From assembly GCA_965552055.1 (NCBI GenBank), contig CBEVQO010000004.1, forward strand, positions 106,213 through 170,212: 64,000 nt of DNA. Direction: 5' to 3'. Source of the stretch: an uncultured bacterium. GTDB lineage: Bacteria; Hydrothermota; UBA3073; NMUJ01; CBEVQO01. A model generated the notes under the pieces. That model ran no database searches, had not been told where the DNA came from, and worked only from the letters and a program-made list of their open reading frames with translations. Numbering within the stretch: the first letter of the stretch is position 1; each line of letters starts with the position of its first letter. The translations under genes were made by a program, and so were the position numbers. Shown piece after piece: positions 1 through 8,100 of this stretch.

Positions 1-708
1 AGGAGAAATATATCCTCTATCGAATTGCATACCTTCTACTGTTTTTAGTTCGAGTTTCGTTCCTTTGCCTTCTTCCACGGTTATTACGCCCTCTTTCCCT
101 ACTTTATCCATTGCGAAAGCAATTGTATATCCGATTGCAGCATCGTTATTAGCGGAAATTGTCCCAACTTTTGCAATTTTACTCAATTCAGGAGGTAATT
201 TTTTATCTTTCCATTCTTTTTGCACTTCATCCGGCAGTTCATCGAGTATATCTTTTGGCACTGTTTCTTCTGTCCTCTTTGAAAACTCTTTTTCTGCCTT
301 CTCTGACAATTTCTTTAATTCTTCAATTACCACATTGCAAGCTTTTTCGAGTCCCTTTCTTATTTCCATAGGATTTACACCCGATGCGATATACTTTAAA
401 GATTCATTGAAGATTACTTGAGTTAATACGGTAGCAGTTGTTGTTCCATCACCTGCGACATCGGATGTTTTTGATGCTACTTCTCTAACGAGTTGTGCTC
501 CCATATTTTCAAATTTGTCTTCAAGTTCGATTTCTTTAGCAACGGTTACACCATCTTTTGTAGATGTAGGTGCTCCAAATTTTCTTTCTAAAAGAGCATT
601 CCTTCCCTGGGGTCCCAAAGTTACTTTCACTGCATTTGCAAGAATATCAACTCCCTTTTTAATTTTTTGACGAACTTCCTCAGAAAAGATGATTTCCTTA
701 GCCGCCAT
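1..708 (-). CDS. groEL: Chaperonin GroEL (5' part; runs off the left edge)
   Basis: Manual translation: [37 protein letters not shown]...[11 protein letters not shown]...[13 protein letters not shown]; SD AAGGAGGGGG before ATG at 708. Confidence 0.98.
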   Translation of the reverse strand, partial: MAAKEIIFSEEVRQKIKKGVDILANAVKVTLGPQGRNALLERKFGAPTSTKDGVTVAKEIELEDKFENMGAQLVREVASKTSDVAGDGTTTATVLTQVIFNESLKYIASGVNPMEIRKGLEKACNVVIEELKKLSEKAEKEFSKRTEETVPKDILDELPDEVQKEWKDKKLPPELSKIAKVGTISANNDAAIGYTIAFAMDKVGKEGVITVEEGKGTKLELKTVEGMQFDRGYISP

Positions 709-721
709 TTCCCCCTCCTTT

Positions 722-1009
722 TTACTCTATGATTGCCAAAATATCATCCTGACTCATTATTAAATATTTTTCGCCATCAATTTCAATTTCGGTTCCAGCG
801 TATTTGCTGAACAAAACTTTTTGACCCGGCTTTACATCCATGGGGATTCTATTCCCCTTTTCATCCCTTTTGCCGGGTCCCACTTCTATTACTTCCCCCT
901 GTTGGGGCTTTTCTTTTGCAGTATCAGGTATAATTATACCTCCCTTTACAACCTCCTCAGGTTCAATTCTTTTTATTAACACCCTATCACCCAGTGGTTT
1001 TACTTTCAT
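722..1009 (-). CDS. groES: Co-chaperonin GroES
   Basis: [14 protein letters not shown]...[24 protein letters not shown]; start trimmed to ATG 1009 behind AAGGAGGGG (the longer ORF runs into the tRNA). Confidence 0.98.
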   Translation of the reverse strand: MKVKPLGDRVLIKRIEPEEVVKGGIIIPDTAKEKPQQGEVIEVGPGKRDEKGNRIPMDVKPGQKVLFSKYAGTEIEIDGEKYLIMSQDDILAIIE

Positions 1010-1027
1010 TTTCCCCTCCTTTTTAAA

Positions 1028-1100
1028 TGGGCGGAAGTGGATTTGAACCACTGACCTCCTGCTTGTAAAGCAGGCGCTCTAACCGCTGAGCTATCCGCCC
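1028..1100 (-). tRNA. tRNA-Val(TAC); CCA not encoded
   Basis: Reverse complement GGGCGGATAGCTCAGCGGTTAGAGCGCCTGCTTTACAAGCAGGAGGTCAGTGGTTCAAATCCACTTCCGCCCA: acceptor GGGCGGA/TCCGCCC, anticodon arm CCTGC-TTTACAA-GCAGG, T-loop TTCAAAT; followed by TTT, not CCA. Confidence 0.96.
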
Positions 1101-1111
1101 TCACAGGTAAT

Positions 1112-1138
1112 ATTATATTCAAAAATTCAGTTTGTCAA
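1112..1138 (-). promoter_or_regulatory. Sigma70-like promoter of tRNA-Val-groES-groEL (TTGACA-N15-TATAAT)
   Basis: Perfect hexamers at 1138-1133 and 1117-1112; tRNA begins 11 nt downstream. Confidence 0.75.
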
Positions 1139-1197
1139 GTCAAAAATTTTAGCTTGACAATCCCGTATTTTGAAGATTTTAATGTAAGGAGGGGATT

Positions 1198-2136
1198 ATG
1201 GTTGAAGTAATTGAGCGTCAAACAGGCAACCTTGTCCTGTGGCTCGGTTTTGATAAAGAAAATGGTACTTATGGCGTTATTTTCAGTGGAACAATGGATA
1301 CCACTCCGGTAGAAGAGATAAAACCTGTTCTCCAGCAGAAATGTTTCTCAGGGCAATACAACTATATCGTGGATACAGAAGGCGTAAGCTATGTGAGCTC
1401 AACTGGACTGAGGATTCTGACTCTGTTTCACCAGCATCGAAAACTCTTTGCGTTATTCTCAAAATTGAACGATTACATACGGAAACCCTTTACATTGCTC
1501 GGAATAGATAAATTCCTTCAATTCTATTCAAATATAGATGAATTAAAAGGAAAACAGGGCATATCCGATGAACTCCTCCTGCAGATGAAGAATCAAAAAA
1601 GCAAAGTAATATTTGGTGTAAGGGCATCGGAAAGGTGGATTAAAATATTACAGGATTATGTTGGTAAAGCAGAAGCAGTAAAATATGTTCGCGAATTGAC
1701 GCCATTTATTATGAAAGTAGATAAAGAAACAGAAATTACTTTACCAAGTGAAGAAAAATATTCAGCAGTGCTCTATAAATTCTTTGAAAAAGCTATAAGA
1801 AAAGAAGCAAAAATCCCTGCAACAGTGCTTTCAGATGACGAGATAGAATTAGCTGCAAGGGAGATTATGACAAATGCAGTTAAGCACGGATATAATTATA
1901 AAAAAGATGGAATCATTGAAGCATCTTATAAAATTACATCAAAAGAATTAATTTTAGAGGTTACAGACTATGGTGTTGGTATGCGTCCTGAGGCAAAAGT
2001 TCTGAGCAAAGGAAAGGGTATTCCTCTTTTAAGGAGAATGTTCGATGCGGTTCTTTTTGATAAGCCACAGGGTCCTCCGAAAAGGGGTCAGGCACTGGGT
2101 ACGGGCACAAGGGTTCAGCTCATAAAATACCTGTAA
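1198..2136 (+). CDS. Fused STAS (anti-sigma antagonist) and RsbW/SpoIIAB-like HATPase anti-sigma domain protein
   Basis: N-terminal VDTEGVSYVSSTGLRIL (STAS phospho-Ser region); C-terminal EIMTNAVKHG (N box), DYGVG (G1), GKGIPLL (G2). Confidence 0.75.
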   Translation: MVEVIERQTGNLVLWLGFDKENGTYGVIFSGTMDTTPVEEIKPVLQQKCFSGQYNYIVDTEGVSYVSSTGLRILTLFHQHRKLFALFSKLNDYIRKPFTLLGIDKFLQFYSNIDELKGKQGISDELLLQMKNQKSKVIFGVRASERWIKILQDYVGKAEAVKYVRELTPFIMKVDKETEITLPSEEKYSAVLYKFFEKAIRKEAKIPATVLSDDEIELAAREIMTNAVKHGYNYKKDGIIEASYKITSKELILEVTDYGVGMRPEAKVLSKGKGIPLLRRMFDAVLFDKPQGPPKRGQALGTGTRVQLIKYL

Positions 2137-2747
2137 TGGCATTTATTTACATTATCCTTCATATTATTATACTCCTCTATTCTATTATTTTGCACGAAGT
2201 TGCTCATGCCTATGCTGCCGAAAGATGCGGAGATTTTACACCAAGAGAGATGGGAAGGTTAACTTTGAACCCGCTTCCTCACATTGACCTTTTTGGCACA
2301 ATTATTTTGCCTCTATTTTTGTTGCTCATAAGAGCCCCTGTCCTTATTGGCTGGGCAAAACCCGTTCCAATAAATCCATATAACTTTCGTAATTTTAGAA
2401 GAGATTTGATGATTGTGGGAGCTGCAGGACCCCTTACAAATATAGCACTTGCTTTATTTTTTGCCTTACTTTATCATACCATTGGTTATGGCTATTTTTT
2501 GCGTAATATTTTTGCATACGGCACTGCCTTAAATTTTTTGCTTGCATTTTTTAATTTGATACCAATTCCGCCACTCGATGGCTCTCGCATTTTACAAAAC
2601 TTTTTACCGATAGAAGCAAGGGAACATTATATGATGATGGAAAGATTCGGTTTTCTTATAATCTATTTTATACTATTGCTCGGTGGATTCAGGTTATTGT
2701 GGGCTCTTACAGGTATTATTTTGCGTGCCCTTCACATTTACTTTTGA
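2136..2747 (+). CDS. Site-2 protease (peptidase M50), small type
   Basis: HEVAH zinc motif, [17 protein letters not shown]; TAATG overlap with the upstream gene. Confidence 0.92.
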   Translation: MAFIYIILHIIILLYSIILHEVAHAYAAERCGDFTPREMGRLTLNPLPHIDLFGTIILPLFLLLIRAPVLIGWAKPVPINPYNFRNFRRDLMIVGAAGPLTNIALALFFALLYHTIGYGYFLRNIFAYGTALNFLLAFFNLIPIPPLDGSRILQNFLPIEAREHYMMMERFGFLIIYFILLLGGFRLLWALTGIILRALHIYF

Positions 2748-3818
2748 ATTCTCCAATTTATATTTTACAAGATATGCTCTTATGAATTCGTCAATCTCTC
2801 CATCCATTACTGCCTGGACATCTGATGTTTCGTATTTTGTCCTGTGGTCTTTCACGAGTTTATATGGATGAAAAACATAAGACCTTATTTCATGTGACCA
2901 GCCGATTTCTGTCTTTTCACCTATTTTTTGTTTTAAATATTCTTCCTTTTCTTTTTTCAATTTTTGATAAAGTTTTGCTTTAAGTAGTTTTAAGGCATTC
3001 ATTTTATTCTGGTATTGAGACCTTTCCGATTGACATCTTACTGTTATACCTGTTGGTTTATGCACTATTCTAACTGCAGTTTCTAATTTATTTACATTTT
3101 GACCGCCTGGTCCACTTGCCCTGCATGTTTGTATTTCTATATCTTCTGGTTTTATTTCGATTTTCGGGTCTTCGATTACCGGCATTACAAAGCAAGCGGC
3201 AAAAGATGTGTGACGCCTGTGATTAGCATCAAAGGGCGATATTCTTACAAGGCGATGCACACCGGCTTCTGCTTTTAAATATCCATAGGCATATCTGCCC
3301 TTTACTTCGATAACAGCATCTTTGATGCCTGCAACTTCTCCGGGTTCATAACTCAAAATCTCTGTTTTAAAACCTTTTTTCTCGCACCATCTCATATACA
3401 TGCGGAAAAGCATGAGTGCCCAATCGCACGACTCCGTGCCACCAGCACCCGGATGAATCTGTAAAATGGCATCCCTTTTATCGTCTTCTTCATCAAGCAA
3501 TAACTCAATTTCCAGATTTTTGACTTCCGATAATAATTTTTGGGCTTCCCTTTCCAACTCCTTTATATCATCTCCATCCGATATTTTCCAAAGTTCTTCA
3601 AGGTCGTAAAGGTCATTGTTATATTTTTCAACACGCTCAAGCAATGATTTTTTCGATTGTAATTCAATTGATAATTCCTTTGCAAGATTTGGGTTCGACC
3701 AGATATCTTCTTTTGATAATCTATGTGTTATTTCATCAATTTCTTTTTTTAGTTTTTCTCTATCAACGAGTTTATTTATCAATTCAAGTTCTACCTGTAT
3801 TTCTTTCAGCAAATTCAT
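2694..3818 (-). CDS. prfB: Peptide chain release factor 2
   Basis: HRLVRISPF (SPF specificity tripeptide), [19 protein letters not shown]; start at ATG 3818; single open frame. Confidence 0.96.
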   Translation of the reverse strand: MNLLKEIQVELELINKLVDREKLKKEIDEITHRLSKEDIWSNPNLAKELSIELQSKKSLLERVEKYNNDLYDLEELWKISDGDDIKELEREAQKLLSEVKNLEIELLLDEEDDKRDAILQIHPGAGGTESCDWALMLFRMYMRWCEKKGFKTEILSYEPGEVAGIKDAVIEVKGRYAYGYLKAEAGVHRLVRISPFDANHRRHTSFAACFVMPVIEDPKIEIKPEDIEIQTCRASGPGGQNVNKLETAVRIVHKPTGITVRCQSERSQYQNKMNALKLLKAKLYQKLKKEKEEYLKQKIGEKTEIGWSHEIRSYVFHPYKLVKDHRTKYETSDVQAVMDGEIDEFIRAYLVKYKLENSKVNVKGTQNNTCKSPQ

Positions 3819-3875
3819 CTCATAATAATATAATCTGTAAATGGATTTTGTCAAGTTTAAGAGTTCTTTTCTTAA

Positions 3876-4118
3876 AATTTTTAATGTGAGTAAGCGAGCA
3901 AGGCATTGCCTTGACCACGCTGTGGCTTTCTAAGACGCTTTGTTAATAATTTTTAATGCGAGGCGTAGCCGAGCTCATTACCAAACATGGGTTGATATGT
4001 CAGCCCGTTACGGTGTTGTGGGTTACTCTGGTGTTTTACGCTTTATCTTCTGATTGCGTTTCAAGAAGGGTAAGGAGTGGGCTGACTTAATCGGGAAGGT
4101 GGGGACTGGGAGGTGGGG
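3876..4118. other. GC-rich structured intergenic element (mini-hairpins, long stem, G4 motif)
   Basis: GCGAGGCGTAGCCGAGC at 3958-3974; palindrome CAAGGCA-T-TGCCTTG; inverted repeat GTCAGCCC/GGGCTGAC (3999-4006/4079-4086); four G3+ tracts at 4093-4118. Confidence 0.5.
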
Positions 4119-4151
4119 CTAAAAATTATTAAAATATGCCGAAAATAAAAT

Positions 4152-5111
4152 GTGAGAAAGATTTCTATAATCTTAATATTTTTTGCTTGTAAAAAAGCAC
4201 CTCAAATAATTTCTTCAGATTTTAAAAAGTTTTGTGAACCTGAAAGTTTAAAAGTTTTATCACACATTTATACTCCTGAATGGTCAAAAAATGTTTTTGT
4301 TTCTGGCAATTGTGCTTATGTATCTGGCACAAATTCCGGTGTTTTGATTTATGATATTTCCGACCCTCAGAATCCTTCACTTTTATCTATTTATGATACG
4401 GTTTTATGTGTTCTCGATGTTTTTGTAAGTGATTCTTTTTTGTTTGCCGCAGATTGTGATAGCGGGATTTTTGTTTTGAATGTTAAAAATCCATCAAATC
4501 CACGATTTATAACAAGGTTTAGCGGTGTGAATGCACTTGGACTTTTCGTTAAAGGAGATTTTGTTTATGTTGCATCGGGTGGCGATGGTCTTTATGTATT
4601 TCAATTTACAGGTGATAGTTTGATTTTAAGGGGTCATTGTGATACCCGTGGCTTATCGTGGGATGTTTATGTTTACAGTTGCTATGCCTTTATTGCAGAT
4701 GACGATTATATAAGTGTTTGCGATGTTAGTTTGCCGGAATCTCCTGCATTACTTTGTGATTATAAAGCAAAGGATTATGTTTACGATGTTTTTTATGATG
4801 GTAAATATTTGTATTGTGCTATGTCATCCGCTGGCATCGGTGTTTTTTCTTTTTGCAGTGATGAGTTGAAAGAAGTTACTTTTTATGATACAGAAGGTTC
4901 TTGCAGGTCATTATCTTTTTGTGCCTGTTATTTAGGTATTGCTGATTATACGGGTGGATTTAAGTTATTTGATACCCGCTTTTTACCCGATACACTTATA
5001 CTTATTTCTTCTTTTCTTGAGAGAGACCCGGTTTGGGGAGTTTATCTAAAATGTGATTATATTTATTTAACGAGTTCGACGACAGGTTTTTGGATTTTGA
5101 GCAAAAATTAG
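4152..5111 (+). CDS. LVIVD-repeat beta-propeller protein, probable lipoprotein
   Basis: Repeats such as VFVSGNCAYV, VFVSDSFLFAADCDSGIFVLNVKNPSNP, LFVKGDFVYVA; N-terminus MRKISIILIFFAC. Confidence 0.8.
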   Translation: MRKISIILIFFACKKAPQIISSDFKKFCEPESLKVLSHIYTPEWSKNVFVSGNCAYVSGTNSGVLIYDISDPQNPSLLSIYDTVLCVLDVFVSDSFLFAADCDSGIFVLNVKNPSNPRFITRFSGVNALGLFVKGDFVYVASGGDGLYVFQFTGDSLILRGHCDTRGLSWDVYVYSCYAFIADDDYISVCDVSLPESPALLCDYKAKDYVYDVFYDGKYLYCAMSSAGIGVFSFCSDELKEVTFYDTEGSCRSLSFCACYLGIADYTGGFKLFDTRFLPDTLILISSFLERDPVWGVYLKCDYIYLTSSTTGFWILSKN

Positions 5112-5112
5112 T

Positions 5113-8100
5113 TTATTTTATTTTTATCATCTTCCTTGTGAATATTTTATTATCCGTTTTCATTCTGCAAAAGTATATTCCTGCTGGTAGTTTTTCTGCA
5201 TTAAAGTTTATTTTGTAAATGCCCGCTGGTAATACTCCTTCTTTCAATGTCTTTATGCATCTTCCTGTCACATCATAAATCTTTACTGATACGAATTTTT
5301 TATTTGTAAGACCGAATTTTATCAATGTTGAATGCACAAAAGGATTTGGCTCTTGTTTCAGGAAATCTCTTTTCACTGCTTTTGCTATGTCTCCAACCGG
5401 TCCTGATGGCGGGAAATCGCCTTTTGTCACTCCGACATCGAAAATAATGTGGTCGTTGAATACCAGTTCGGCTTTCGATTGCGTAGTATGAATCTCCAAT
5501 CTCAGTACCACTCTTCTGTTCATTGGACATTTAGAACCTATTTTGATTTTAACTCTGTCTTTTGAAATAACTTCTGTATCGCCCGGTATTGTGCCGAATC
5601 CGCAGCTATCATCTATAACGCTGATATTACTATCTTCGGAGTAGATTTTTGCCCATACATTTTGTGCATTTGCGTTACCGCTATTTCTGACTCTTATATC
5701 GAGCTCTACTTCCTCACCTGGTTCGGGAGTTGTATCACCGTCTTCATCAACAAACGAGTTACCTGTGTAGAGTAGTATCACAGTATCGGGCAGCGATGAA
5801 TATCCTGCGATGAAGTAATACCATGCTGAATTTTTTGCCCATTTAAGCCATCTGTAATCGAAGTCGTCTTCCCATGAGCCAGATAGGTCGCTTCCGTCAT
5901 CCGGGCAGTTTATCATCATACCATAGGTTACGCCATTGAGGTCTGAGTTGCACCATGTTGTGCAAAGTGGCATGCCTTCCTGATAGGGAGGATATCCAAA
6001 GTGCTTCAAAATTGAATCACACGCTTCATTTATTCCCTCGGATATATTTTGTGCTTTTAAATCGTTAGCCAACCTTCTTATATCTACATAATGATTATAA
6101 GGAGACCAGCTTTCAATTAATCCCTGTAAATTTGAAACGACATTTTTGATTGCTGAATTTGTCATTCCTCCTTCTTTAAGGCACTCTACTGCGAGTTTAT
6201 CGACATCCCAGCATAATCTCTGGAAAGAGTGCCCGAGGTCCCAGGCATTGAGATTGCAGCTCGAACTCGAGCTGTAATAATCGCTGTAGGCATCTACAAC
6301 TTTATTTGCAAGTTCTTTTGGACTCATATCGGGATTATTCTTTAACTCCTTGAGGAAATGGTAGCACCAGCCTTCACCGGGTTCTGGAGGTTCAGAGCCA
6401 ACAAAGTAATCTACAAATTCTTTTATTTCATAGGCATTTTCGAGCATACACATTAAGCATTCATCGAATCCGAAAACATCTATGTTTCTTCCAATATAAT
6501 TTTTCATTTTCCGCAATAGATTATGGAGTTCACCGTTTGATACTCCTAACATTGAGCCAGCTCCATCGTCCCATCCTGCACCCTTTAATCCGGCTCTTTT
6601 CTGCCAGCCACTACCGTGGTCCCATATCACGAACATGTAATGCTGAGCTGGATAATTGTCCACGCACCATTTAAAGAAATCAAAAATCTCAGTGGTATCT
6701 GCCATGTCTATTTCACCGAGTTGCACTTCGGGGTATGCATCTATTTTGTTATTAGCCGATGGGCTATATTTTATGTAATATCTGTTTGCATCTGTCCTGC
6801 TACCCGATGAATCGTTATAAGGATAGGACGAACTACCATCTATTTGCACAAGTATATTCATCTGGTTTGTTGAGCCAGCGCTTTCCATTTCGTCAACATC
6901 ATTATCACCGAGGTCACCAAGATTATTATCTCCGATGATGTAGACCATTACCGTCCACTTCTTACCACCCACTATTACATTTATTGCTTCTGTTTTTTCG
7001 TAGCCCGTTGTATCTTTTATATGTAATGTAAAGGTTAGCTCTTCTCCATTTGTTGCACTATCAAGCACATTAAAGAGGAATGTCTTACTTACTTCGTCAT
7101 TATAATCCATATCTCCATAATTTTGTTTCACAGGCGGTATTAATTCTGCATGTGGCTCTGATTCGGAGAGCGAACAACTAACGCAATAAGCAAATCCTCC
7201 TTTATTTTTCAGAGTTATTATTAATTCAACACTATCTTCGCCAACATCTGCAATGCCATCGCCTCCAATTTTAGAACTACTGCAATAAATATCGGGTGGC
7301 TTCACCTTTAAAGTATCTTTTTTCTCATCATTGTTAGAGAATTCGTCACCTGTGAGTAATGTTCTTGCTATAACGAGATGATTTCCTGTGGTATCGGGTG
7401 TGTAAAGGAATTCTATTATTGTATCATGGTATGATACTAAATAGATATTTTCTGTCGTATCGCAATATGTTGTTTCTCCTGATGGTTCTACTACCATTTT
7501 CACAAGTGAGAATGTTTCATCATTTTCTCCATAGTTCACTGCCTTTATTTTTATCGTATCTGTTTGATATTTTCCACAAATTTCCGGTGAGAAATATATT
7601 TTTGCTACTCCAACATCGTGTTCGAATCTTTCACCTGCTCTTATTTCTATATCGTCGAGATTAAATCCGTATGCAGAGTATGATTTGTCTGTTTGATATC
7701 TCCATCTTACTTTTACTTCGCTACCGCAGTAATTCTGGAATACAAGGGTTTCGGCATACCATGTTGATGAGTGCTCAATTTTCAATATTTTCCATAATGT
7801 CCATGTAGCACCATTATCCTGTGATATTTCAACGAGAGTAGAATCGTGACCAATATCTTTGCCTTTTGAATCTGCTTCTTTCCACCAGAATATTAATGTA
7901 TCGTTGTATCCTGCATTTATCGTTGGTGTTACAAGTATTCCTTCGCCTTCTGATACATTATAATCTATATGTGCATAATAATTGCCAGAATGAGGTGCAG
8001 ATGTGTATCTTTCCCAGTTTCTATAAACATCTTCCCAGCATACACAGGGAGGGAATGAGTCTTCTTCAAATCCTGTATAATAAGGTGGGACAATTACACC

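Noticed and set aside
65-421. Plus-strand ORFs 65-421, 159-371 and 840-1046
   Set aside because: Antisense shadows of groEL and groES.
1010-1051. N-terminal extension of the groES ORF to 1051
   Set aside because: It overlaps tRNA-Val; the true start is ATG 1009 behind a strong SD.
1133-1159. TGTCAA...TTGACA inverted repeats as a transcription-factor operator (also 39489-39524, 47806-47824, 53250-53270)
   Set aside because: The gap differs at each site (15, 24, 7, 9 nt); they are back-to-back -35 boxes of divergent promoters.
3994-4092. Definite 6S RNA or SRP RNA call
   Set aside because: Too short for 6S and lacks clear 6S or SRP (GGAA tetraloop) signatures; kept only as a candidate structure.
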